Assembly: GCA_963796455.1 (NCBI GenBank)
Contig: CAWCLO010000010.1
Location: 288,001 to 352,000, forward strand
DNA: 64,000 nucleotides
Reading direction: 5' to 3'
Source of the DNA: Candidatus Sulfomarinibacteraceae bacterium
GTDB taxonomy: Bacteria; Acidobacteriota; Thermoanaerobaculia; Thermoanaerobaculales; Sulfomarinibacteraceae
Numbering within the stretch: position 1 is the first letter of the stretch; each line of letters opens with the position of its first letter. A model generated the notes under the pieces. That model ran no database searches, was not told the DNA's origin, and saw nothing but the letters and a program-made list of their open reading frames with translations. Of the stretch, positions 55,667 to 64,000 are shown in pieces. Position numbers and translations under genes: made by a program.

Positions 55667-57427
55667 GTGCGAAACTCTTTCTTGCTCTGGATCCTTGCCG
55701 CCATCATTGTCGTTCCGGGTTTTTCCCAGACCGCAGATGAAGAAAATACCCTCGAGCGGAGGAGCGACCCGATTGGAGGTCTCACCTTTGTCGATGAAGT
55801 CGAGGTCTCGATCGCCAATGTCGTCGTCTATGTGACCGACAAGAAGGGCCTCGCCGTCACCGATCTGACGGCCGACGATTTCATCGTCCGCCAGGACGGT
55901 GACCTCAAGCAGATCAGCAACTTCAAACTTTATACCGACGACATCATCCGCGAGCAGTACGTGGACGAAACACCCGGTCTGCTGGAGGGACCCCCGCAAC
56001 CGACTCCGGTTCCCGATGCCGACGACGCGGCAGGACCGATTCCGGTTCACTTCGTCATCTACATCGACAACCAGAATCTGACACCGCTCGACCGCAATCG
56101 GGTCCTTTCCCAAACGCGCGAATTCATTCGTTCGAGCCTCCACCCACCGGCCAAGATGATGGTCGTCGCATACCAGAGGTCCTTCGAAGTACTGCAGCCG
56201 TTTACCGACAACCCGACTGAGGTGCTCGACGCCATGCGGAGCGTACGGCGCTACACCGGCGGTCGCAGCGAGCGCATCACCGCCGAGCGGGAAATCCTCG
56301 ACGACATCAAGCGTCTCGACGACAACAATCGATCCGGGGGGGGCGGTCAGGGCCACAGCCAGGGGCTTCAGGACATCTACCGGAAAATCGACCTGTTTGC
56401 CGAAGAGACATCAAACGATCTCCAATTCACGCTTGACAGTTTGCGTCAGATCATCACCAGCCTTTCCGGGCTCCCCGGAAAGAAGGGTGTTGTCTACGTC
56501 TCCAACGGGCTGCCGATGATTCCGGGAATGGCGCTGTACTACGAGCTCAGCCGAATGGCCAACAACTCGACCGCCCTGACCCAGATGTTCGAGCATGACA
56601 AGACGCGCTTCTATCAGAATCTCGCCAGCATCGCCAACTCCCAGGATGTCACCCTCTACATGGTTGATGCTTCCGGTTTGAGTCTGGGCAACACCAGCTC
56701 GGCGGAGTTCTCCAAGGCGCAGGATGGCCTTTCGGCCTCCGTTGGACAACACAACCTCACCGACAGCCTCCAGTTCCTTGCCGACGAGACAGGCGGGATC
56801 GCCATCATCAACACCAACGATGTGTCGCTGAAGCTCGAGCTCGTCAAGCAGGACATGTTCACCTACTATTCGATCGGCTATCCTCTGCAGGTCTCCGGTG
56901 GTGACAAGGTCCACAAGGTCTCAATCAAGCTGCAAGACAACCCCGAATTCAAGGACTACACTCTTCGGTACCGGTCTCGCTTTGTCGAGAAGTCCCTCGA
57001 AACCAGGGTCCAGGACACCGTGGTCTCGAGCCTGGTTTTTGAGGTTGAGGACAATCCGATGGGAATCGAGTTCACCTCGGGAACCCCCTCCGCCGCGAGT
57101 GAGAAAAGATGGCTGGTCCCGGCCCAGATCTCCTTTCCACTGAAAAATGTCGCCCTGTTGCCGGTCGGTGAGGACTATGTGGCGCGGGTGGTCATGTTCG
57201 TCGCGGTGCGTGATTCCGACGGCAAACAGTCCGACCTCGTCCGTCAGGAGCACGAGGTGAAGGTGCCGGCCTCGGTCTACGAGCAGGCCCAGAACCAGAT
57301 GTGGACGCTCGACACCCAACTTCTCATGGAATCCGGTCGATACAAAATGTCGGTGGCGATCCTCGACCCGATCACCCGCCAGGATTCCTACAAAACAATT
57401 TCGAAGGCGGTCTTTCCCGACAAATAG
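55667..57427 (+). CDS. Acidobacterial-type VWA domain protein
   Basis: Signal peptide; V.VTDKKG..VTDLT.DDF.V.QDG, PGKKGVVYVSNG, LADETGG, YYSIGY. Confidence 0.85.
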   Translation: MRNSFLLWILAAIIVVPGFSQTADEENTLERRSDPIGGLTFVDEVEVSIANVVVYVTDKKGLAVTDLTADDFIVRQDGDLKQISNFKLYTDDIIREQYVDETPGLLEGPPQPTPVPDADDAAGPIPVHFVIYIDNQNLTPLDRNRVLSQTREFIRSSLHPPAKMMVVAYQRSFEVLQPFTDNPTEVLDAMRSVRRYTGGRSERITAEREILDDIKRLDDNNRSGGGGQGHSQGLQDIYRKIDLFAEETSNDLQFTLDSLRQIITSLSGLPGKKGVVYVSNGLPMIPGMALYYELSRMANNSTALTQMFEHDKTRFYQNLASIANSQDVTLYMVDASGLSLGNTSSAEFSKAQDGLSASVGQHNLTDSLQFLADETGGIAIINTNDVSLKLELVKQDMFTYYSIGYPLQVSGGDKVHKVSIKLQDNPEFKDYTLRYRSRFVEKSLETRVQDTVVSSLVFEVEDNPMGIEFTSGTPSAASEKRWLVPAQISFPLKNVALLPVGEDYVARVVMFVAVRDSDGKQSDLVRQEHEVKVPASVYEQAQNQMWTLDTQLLMESGRYKMSVAILDPITRQDSYKTISKAVFPDK

Positions 57428-57468
57428 CCAGGTCGGCGGAGCGCGACACCCCTTTGTGCCTGTCGCGC

Positions 57469-58434
57469 TCAGTTCAATTTGGATTCCAGCGGCTCCAGGA
57501 TCAACCGACGGTTGCGATAGTCAAAGAACGATCGGAAGCGGCTGAGCAACCCGTTGCCCACAATTCCGTTGAGATCGGGGATATTTCGAACCGCCGGCAC
57601 CCGGAAAGGCTCGATAAAACTCGTCTCGACCGAATTGACCTGCACCAACCCCATCTCCAGTCGATGGATCGAGGCCACATTCACCTCGATCGCGCCCGAG
57701 ACTCCAAAACTGCCGCTCCGGGAGAGATTTCCCGAAGGCTTGAGGCGGCGCTTGGAACCGGTGACCAGGGTCAGGTAGCGAGCCGAGCCGGAGTCGATCA
57801 TCAACCGGACATCCACCGGTTTCTTGCCCTCCTCGATCGTCACGATCGCGTTGATGATCGGCCGCTGGTCGACGATCTCGATCGGCAGGACCACCCCATC
57901 GCCCCGATACGAGAATTCCCCGGGTTCATGCAGCACCACCACCCGTCGGAGCGGGTCGATCTCGACGACAAAACGATCAAAGAGCTCGGAACCGAGAAAG
58001 CCATCGATGTGGCGGCCAAAGACATCGAAAAGACGGGCGCCGATATCGTGCGTTGCCAGCGAAACATCGAGCACCGGAACACCCTGGCTGGAGATCGCGA
58101 CCTCTTCGGTGATCAAGACCTGGGTTGCTCCCGATCCGAGACCACGGGCGAGACCCGACTCGCGGACCTCGAGTTCAAGCGCCGTTGCCAGCAGGGGGTC
58201 GGTGATCGCGCTCATGGTCGCGCCGGAGTCGACGATGAAATTCAAGGTCGCGGACCCTGCAACTGTTGCCGGCACCAGAATGACTCCGGCAAAGGGCTCA
58301 AAATTCAGTTCAATAACACACCTAGCGGCATCTTCGTGAGGATCTTCCTCCGACCCGAAGCCGGACGAAAACGGGAGAAGTGCAAGGACGACGATCATCC
58401 CCGCCCGCAACAGGTTTTCCGGTGAGGATCTCAC
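57469..58434 (-). CDS. Secreted retropepsin-like aspartyl protease (two domains)
   Basis: FIVDSGA...DGFLG and LMIDSGS...GIVGNG motifs. Confidence 0.85.
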   Translation of the reverse strand: MRSSPENLLRAGMIVVLALLPFSSGFGSEEDPHEDAARCVIELNFEPFAGVILVPATVAGSATLNFIVDSGATMSAITDPLLATALELEVRESGLARGLGSGATQVLITEEVAISSQGVPVLDVSLATHDIGARLFDVFGRHIDGFLGSELFDRFVVEIDPLRRVVVLHEPGEFSYRGDGVVLPIEIVDQRPIINAIVTIEEGKKPVDVRLMIDSGSARYLTLVTGSKRRLKPSGNLSRSGSFGVSGAIEVNVASIHRLEMGLVQVNSVETSFIEPFRVPAVRNIPDLNGIVGNGLLSRFRSFFDYRNRRLILEPLESKLN

Positions 58435-58473
58435 AATGACCGAGTGTAGCGGACTTTTCTCCAGGGCCGAAAG

Positions 58474-58977
58474 TTATTCGAGTTCGATCAGAAGCTCGCC
58501 ACCATCGACTGTCGCTCCTTCGATGACATGGACCTCAACGACGCGCCCCGCCTGCTCGGCCGCCAGTTCGTTCTCCATCTTCATGGCTTCGAGCACCACC
58601 AGCGGTTGCCCGGGCACCACCTCATCACCCGGAGCGACCTTGACCGCCACGACTTTTCCGGGAATCGGCGCCGTCAAACGGCTGGGTCCGCCGTCCCGAG
58701 CTCCCATCACATCTTCAGAGGCTGCGCCCGGTGTGAGTACCGAAAAATCGAATTCCCGCTCTCCGACTCCGACACACCAGCTTCCTTTCGATCCCTGCTG
58801 GTAGGTGATCTGGAAGCTTCGCCCATCAGAAGGAAAACGCATGGATGCGATCGCGCCGTCAAGACGCACAAGCTCGACCGGAACGCTGCGACCATCGAAC
58901 TCGAGCAAAAAGGCCCCGCCCTGCCGCTCAACCTTGATCTCTCGATTCTCTTCGCCACCGCGGACGACCCATTTCAT
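58474..58977 (-). CDS. Biotin carboxyl carrier protein
   Basis: APIPGKVV, LEAMKMENE biotinylation motif. Confidence 0.95.
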   Translation of the reverse strand: MKWVVRGGEENREIKVERQGGAFLLEFDGRSVPVELVRLDGAIASMRFPSDGRSFQITYQQGSKGSWCVGVGEREFDFSVLTPGAASEDVMGARDGGPSRLTAPIPGKVVAVKVAPGDEVVPGQPLVVLEAMKMENELAAEQAGRVVEVHVIEGATVDGGELLIELE

Positions 58978-60488
58978 CGCGGAAACCTCCCATGCAGGAC
59001 CCTCGCCCCTTCGATCCACCAGTTGCTGTCCGTGCCGTATTCAAAGAGGTCGTCGGGCAGGCCGTCGGTCGACAGGGTGGCGAGACACGCCGCCGCCAGG
59101 ATCGCAGCCTCCTCGACCTCGGGGTCCTGTCCTCCAATCCCGTCGAGACCACCGGACTCCAGGAGTTCGTCAAGAAACTTGGTATGGAAATCGAACTCGT
59201 GGAAAGCCTTCATGCCCACCAGCGCCCGGAACAGCGTCAAGGTGGTGGCAACGCCGCGAATTTGAAACTCCTCGAGGGCGCGATCCAAACGCCTGACAGC
59301 CGCCTCGCGATCGGGAGCCCAGATCACGAGCTTGGCGAGCATGGGGTCATAGTCCAGGGGCACCACACTCTCGGTCACGACGCCCGAGTCAAGACGCACA
59401 CCCGGGCCAGATGGTTGGAGAAAGAGGCTGATTCGACCCGGCGATGGCGCAAAATTTCGCAACGGGTCCTCGGCGTAAACGCGACACTCGATGGCATGTC
59501 CACGAGGAACCAGATCCTCTTGAATGAGGGAGAGAGATTCGCCGAGTGCAATGTTGATCTGTTCTTGGACGAGGTCGACTCCGAAAACCTCCTCGGTCAC
59601 CGGGTGTTCGACCTGCAGGCGGGTGTTCATCTCGAGAAAGAAGAAGTTTCCATCGGGATCGAGCAGAAACTCCACGGTGCCGACCGAGTGATAACCCGAG
59701 GCCCTGACCAGTGCCAATGCCGCCTCGCCGAGGGATCGGCGCAGGTCTTCTTCAACAACCGGTGAAGGACACTCCTCCACCACCTTCTGGTGCCGTCTCT
59801 GAATCGAGCACTCTCGTTCACCGACATAGGCTGCATTACCTTTGCGATCGGCGACGATCTGCACCTCGATATGGCGGGCTCGATCCACCAGCCGTTCAAC
59901 AAAGACACGGGAATCACCGAAATAAGCCAGGCCTTCGGAGCACGCTCGTTCGTATGAGGACTCGAGGTCGGCGCGGTCGTTGACTGCGCGCATGCCTTTG
60001 CCTCCGCCACCTGCCACCGCTTTCAGCAACACCGGCAGCCCGTGTTCGTCGACAAATGCATGGAGTTCCTGGATGTCCTCGATGGGTTTCATGAGGCCGG
60101 GAATCAACGGCACGTCGCATTCGACCGCGAGGTTTCGGGAGGCGGTCTTGGAACCCATCAGCCGCATCGCATCAGGGGGCGGACCGACCCAGGTGACGCC
60201 AGCCGCCTCGACCCGTTCCGCGAAGTCGGCGTTTTCGGCCAGAAAACCATAACCCGGGTGGAGCAGATCCGCGCCCGAGATCCTACAGGTTTCGAGCAAA
60301 CGATCCATATCGAGATAACTCTCAGCCGCCGGCGCCGGGCCGATGGGAAAGCTCTGGTCGGCCATCAAAACATGGGGGGCGAGCCGGTCGACCTCCGAGT
60401 AGACCGACACCGTTTCGATCCCCATCTCACGGCAGCCTCGAATGATCCGGACAGCGATCTCACCTCGATTGGCGACCAGGAGTTTCAT
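58974..60488 (-). CDS. accC: Biotin carboxylase subunit of acyl-CoA carboxylase
   Basis: KLLVANRGEIAVR, HPGYGFLAEN, GGGGKGMR, RECSIQRRHQK, EMNTRLQVEHPVTE. Confidence 0.93.
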   Translation of the reverse strand: MKLLVANRGEIAVRIIRGCREMGIETVSVYSEVDRLAPHVLMADQSFPIGPAPAAESYLDMDRLLETCRISGADLLHPGYGFLAENADFAERVEAAGVTWVGPPPDAMRLMGSKTASRNLAVECDVPLIPGLMKPIEDIQELHAFVDEHGLPVLLKAVAGGGGKGMRAVNDRADLESSYERACSEGLAYFGDSRVFVERLVDRARHIEVQIVADRKGNAAYVGERECSIQRRHQKVVEECPSPVVEEDLRRSLGEAALALVRASGYHSVGTVEFLLDPDGNFFFLEMNTRLQVEHPVTEEVFGVDLVQEQINIALGESLSLIQEDLVPRGHAIECRVYAEDPLRNFAPSPGRISLFLQPSGPGVRLDSGVVTESVVPLDYDPMLAKLVIWAPDREAAVRRLDRALEEFQIRGVATTLTLFRALVGMKAFHEFDFHTKFLDELLESGGLDGIGGQDPEVEEAAILAAACLATLSTDGLPDDLFEYGTDSNWWIEGARVLHGRFPR

Positions 60489-60517
60489 GCAGGTCCTCCA
60501 CGGCGGTGCGCCGCAAA

Positions 60518-60627
60518 AATTTCCAGATTTCGGATTTCAAGTTTCGGAATCGTCGACAGTCGAGGGGTGTCGGTTGTCTGATCGGATGGAGTGGTCTGCA
60601 TTCCTGATTCCTAATTCCTAATTCCTA
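60518..60627. repeat. Heptamer repeat arms (RGATTTC)n ... (ATTCCTA)x4 between the carboxylase genes
   Basis: agatttc ggatttc aagtttc ggaatc at 60525-60551; attcctg attccta attccta attccta at 60600-60627, where the last cta is the pccB stop codon. Confidence 0.8.
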
Positions 60628-62172
60628 CAAGGGTATGTTCCCGTGTTTCTTGGCCGGCATGGTGTCTTTTTTGGTCTGCAGCACGGCAAATGCCGAAGCC
60701 AATTTGCGCCGCAACAGGCGGGGCATGATGACCTCGTCGATATAACCCCTCTCGGCAGCAACAAATGGGTTGGCGAAGAGCTTCTGGTACTCCTCGACGC
60801 GGGTGGCCCTCTCGGCCTCGGGATCATCGGCGGAAGCTATCTCGTTGCGGTAGAGAATGTTGACTGCGCCCTGCGGCCCCATGACAGCGATTTCGGCGGT
60901 GGGGAAGGCAAAGTTGAAATCGGTGCGAATGTGTTTCGAACCCATCACGCAGTAGGCTCCGCCATAGGCCTTGCGGGTGATGACCGTGACCTTTGGAACC
61001 GTCGCCTCGGCAAGGGCAAAGAGGAGTTTGGCGCCGTGGCGGATAATGCCACCCCACTCTTGTTCGGTTCCGGGCAGGAAGCCGGGAACGTCCTCGACAA
61101 TCCACAGGGGGATGTTGAAGGCATCACAGAATCTGACGAATCGAGCTCCCTTGACCGAAGCGTTGATATCGAGCACACCGGCGAGGTGGGCCGGTTGGTT
61201 GGCGATGACGCCGATCGGACGTCCACCGAGCCGCATGAAACCGACGACGATGTTTTTTGCATAGTGCTGGTGGACCTCGAGGAAATCGTCCTCGTCAGCC
61301 GCCCATCGGATCAACTTGGTGATGTCGTAGGGCTTGTTGGAATCGGTGGGAACAAAGTCGTCGAGTTCGGGAATTTCCCGATCGAGCGGGTCGTCGCTCT
61401 TTTTCACCGGCGGCCGCTCCGCATTGTTGGAGGGGAGGAAAGAAAGCAGCCGTCGAATCATCGCCAGACATTCGGTGTCGCCACCGGACGCAAAATGCGC
61501 GACCCCGGAGACCGCATTGTGGCTCATGGCCCCACCGAGTTTTTCCTTGGTCACTTCCTCGTGGGTCACGGTCTTGATGACATCGGGCCCGGTGACGAAC
61601 ATATACGAGCTGTCCTCGACCATGAAGACAAAATCTGTGATGGCCGGAGAATAGACCGCACCTCCGGCGCAGGGGCCCATGATGGCGGATATCTGGGGCA
61701 CAACGCCAGAGGCCAGGGTGTTGCGAAGAAAAATATCAGCATAGCCAGCGAGCGAGGCCACACCTTCCTGGATCCTCGCACCGCCCGAATCATTGAGTCC
61801 CACCACGGGCGCGCCAACCTTCATCGCCAGATCCATGATTTTGCAGATCTTGGCCGCATTGGCCTCTGACAGGGAGCCCCCGAAAACCGTGAAATCCTGG
61901 GCAAAGATGTAGACCGGTCGACCATCCACTCGTCCGTGACCGCCGACAACGCCGTCACCGGCGACCTTCTTTTTCTCCATCCCGAAGTCGGTGCAACCGT
62001 GCTCGACCAGGGCATCGGTCTCTTCGAAACTGCCCTCGTCGAGGAAAACCTCGACTCGTTCGCGGGCGGTCAGCTTGCCCTGTTGGTGCTGACGGTCGAT
62101 TTTGTCCTGGCCGCCTCCGGCCCGGTTCGCAGCCAGGCGCTCCTCCAATCGCGTCAAGACCTCACGGCTCAT
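60625..62172 (-). CDS. pccB: Propionyl/methylmalonyl-CoA carboxylase carboxyltransferase (beta) subunit
   Basis: [56 protein letters not shown]. Confidence 0.93.
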   Translation of the reverse strand: MSREVLTRLEERLAANRAGGGQDKIDRQHQQGKLTARERVEVFLDEGSFEETDALVEHGCTDFGMEKKKVAGDGVVGGHGRVDGRPVYIFAQDFTVFGGSLSEANAAKICKIMDLAMKVGAPVVGLNDSGGARIQEGVASLAGYADIFLRNTLASGVVPQISAIMGPCAGGAVYSPAITDFVFMVEDSSYMFVTGPDVIKTVTHEEVTKEKLGGAMSHNAVSGVAHFASGGDTECLAMIRRLLSFLPSNNAERPPVKKSDDPLDREIPELDDFVPTDSNKPYDITKLIRWAADEDDFLEVHQHYAKNIVVGFMRLGGRPIGVIANQPAHLAGVLDINASVKGARFVRFCDAFNIPLWIVEDVPGFLPGTEQEWGGIIRHGAKLLFALAEATVPKVTVITRKAYGGAYCVMGSKHIRTDFNFAFPTAEIAVMGPQGAVNILYRNEIASADDPEAERATRVEEYQKLFANPFVAAERGYIDEVIMPRLLRRKLASAFAVLQTKKDTMPAKKHGNIPL

Positions 62173-62315
62173 GGAGTCCTCCTTCGCTTGCAGGCATTCT
62201 ACTCTGCCTCATTCGAGGCACGCTGTCGCAAAAAATCCTCCGACCGATCGAGACGAGGTCTCGGACCGCCGTCCCCGCCGCCATATCCAGAGGCCGGCAC
62301 AGGTACCATGAATGA

Positions 62316-63614
62316 ATGCAACGGCCGTCCCACCCCGAAGCACCCGTTGATCCACGCTGGCTGCAACAGCTCAGCGAGGGCTGCGGCGATCTTCGCGGCG
62401 GTGGCGAGCGCTTCGAGGACCTGTACCTGGAGCAACGACTCGAGCTCCGAGCGGTCACATCCGCGGGTGAAACACACATCGAAGAATGCCGTACCGAAGG
62501 CGCCGCCGTTCGTTGGCGCGCTATTTCGAGGGCGGTCCTCAACGCCCGCACCGGTCTTTCCGGTCGTGCCATTGCCGAGTTGCTCGCTGATCACAGCGAC
62601 CACCCCATCACCCCGCAGGGCCGGCCGCTGCCTCCGCCCGATATGGATCCTCCGCGAGCATGGTTGGATTGGGCTCGGCAAGCCGCCGACCTCATGGCCC
62701 CCAACCCGTCGGTCATTCGCTACATCAGACGCCGGGCTGCGGTGGTTCGGCCGGGAGCGTGGGCCCCGATCTCGACGCCGTCCTGGGTGCGGGTCGAGCT
62801 CGGAGGCGAACACCCATCGGCTCTGCTCGCGGTTTGGCAGCACCCTTCACTCGGTGATTGGATGCGGCAACTCGTCGAAGCCCCTCCCCTCAAGGGATGG
62901 CGGCCGGAACCGGGGACCCAGCTGCCGGTCTGCCTGACGGAAGGCACCGCCGGCATCCTGGTCCACGAACTGATCGGCCACCTTGCCGAATCGGATGTGG
63001 TCGAGAATTCGTCGCCCCTGGCGGACCTGGATGGGGCGAATATCACCACACCGGCCATGGAAGTGGTGGATGATCCTCTCCGTTTCGATCTTGCCGGCGC
63101 ATTTGATTGTGATGACGAAGGGACCGCTGCCGCAGCACTCTCGATTGTCAGAGATGGTCGCTTCGAGCGTTTTCTCTGCGATCGGGCCGGCGGGCGACGA
63201 CTCGGCACCGAAGCCGGCAGGGGGCGACGTGCGACCTGGAGCCAACCCCCGGTTTCCCGCCTGTCGAATCTCATCGTCAAACCCGGGACGACCACGCCCG
63301 AGAAGCTGGAGGCGGCTCTGGATCACGGTCTGGTGGTGACCCGGCTCGGCGGAGCCACGATGGACCCGATTTCCTGCCGGACTGTCTTAAGGGTCGAGCG
63401 GGGTTGGGAGATTCGACGGGGCAGGAGACGACGCCCACTGCTCCCATTCGAACTGACAGGAAACGTGATGGAGGTCCTGGCAAACATCGACCCAACGCTG
63501 GGCGACGACGCGACCACGGATTGGCGTCTCGGTTGGTGTGTCAAGGACGGTCTGCCGATCGCCACGGGGTCCGAAGCACCAAGCCTCGTGGTCCATCGGC
63601 TCGAGGTGTTGTGA
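62316..63614 (+). CDS. TldD family metalloprotease
   Basis: VHELIGHLAESD (HExxGH), DDEGT, RLSNLIV, C-terminal GWCVKDG. Confidence 0.85.
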   Translation: MQRPSHPEAPVDPRWLQQLSEGCGDLRGGGERFEDLYLEQRLELRAVTSAGETHIEECRTEGAAVRWRAISRAVLNARTGLSGRAIAELLADHSDHPITPQGRPLPPPDMDPPRAWLDWARQAADLMAPNPSVIRYIRRRAAVVRPGAWAPISTPSWVRVELGGEHPSALLAVWQHPSLGDWMRQLVEAPPLKGWRPEPGTQLPVCLTEGTAGILVHELIGHLAESDVVENSSPLADLDGANITTPAMEVVDDPLRFDLAGAFDCDDEGTAAAALSIVRDGRFERFLCDRAGGRRLGTEAGRGRRATWSQPPVSRLSNLIVKPGTTTPEKLEAALDHGLVVTRLGGATMDPISCRTVLRVERGWEIRRGRRRRPLLPFELTGNVMEVLANIDPTLGDDATTDWRLGWCVKDGLPIATGSEAPSLVVHRLEVL

Positions 63615-64000
63615 TGGTGGCTCCCGATTATGCGGATCGTCTTCACGAGGCGGCAGCAGCCGCTCGAACAGAATTGGAAAACACACCGGTCGATCGCTGG
63701 GAGTTCTTTGCCAAGGCCTCGTTCACTCGTGAAGTCGAGGTTGCACCGGGTGGGCCCCTGGGAGTCATCCGGGTCGATGAGACCGGCGTCTCGGTGCGAA
63801 GTTGGCGCAACGGCCACGCCGGCTTTGCCGCCGCATCGGGTCTCGGCACCCAGGCCTCGAGGATCGCGGTCGAGGGGGCCCTTGCCGCCGAACACCCGCT
63901 CAGCGTCAATCCACTTCCTCCTCCACGGTTGCTTGGAACCAACGAAACGCCGCCGCCGAGGGCGATGCCTGCCACCGGTTGGGCAACCCACTTCGGGAAC
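63614..64000 (+). CDS. PmbA/TldE-like protein, 5' part (runs off window end)
   Basis: ATG overlaps the TldD stop; open to the window end; ETGVSVRSWRNGHAGFAAAS resembles the PmbA/TldD N-domain. Confidence 0.7.
   Translation, partial: MVAPDYADRLHEAAAAARTELENTPVDRWEFFAKASFTREVEVAPGGPLGVIRVDETGVSVRSWRNGHAGFAAASGLGTQASRIAVEGALAAEHPLSVNPLPPPRLLGTNETPPPRAMPATGWATHFGN

Overview
GC-rich bacterial chromosomal window, probably Acidobacteriota (Thermoanaerobaculia-like). This placement is inferred from the rplM-rpsI-rpsB-tsf-pyrH-frr order, an acidobacterial-type VWA protein and the futalosine pathway gene mqnE. Core genes: the tRNA Thr-Tyr-Gly-Thr-tuf operon, ispD-ispF-rlmB, ADP-heptose/LPS core genes, pilB-pilT-pilC-pilS-pilR, tRNA-Sec and tRNA-Ala, rho, mqnE, yceD-rpmF-plsX-fabD-fabG, an ECF sigma/anti-sigma operon, an acyl-CoA carboxylase operon and TldD/PmbA. 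An accessory stretch follows tRNA-Ala (about 22.6-41.4 kb). It holds a DUF1611/PLP-racemase/D,D-dipeptidase module, a XylR-type sigma54 activator facing a small CxxC ORF plus a metal-less pirin, a CysK-glutaredoxin fusion, and a furan-fatty-acid-like cluster next to an ECF sigma. Three signals stand out. (1) A dispersed family of intergenic elements built from inverted arms of 7- or 9-nt tandem repeats. One encloses a four-helix-bundle (IVS/Avd-like) gene, and one sits in an apparent 6-bp target-site duplication at the rfaE2/waaC junction. (2) Direct repeats at 11-bp spacing, resembling a CarH/LitR operator, across the -35 box of the ECF sigma beside the furan-fatty-acid-like cluster. (3) A one-base frameshift in rfaE2 that would re-couple translation to waaC across the inserted element. 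All family assignments come from motif recognition only; no searches were run.
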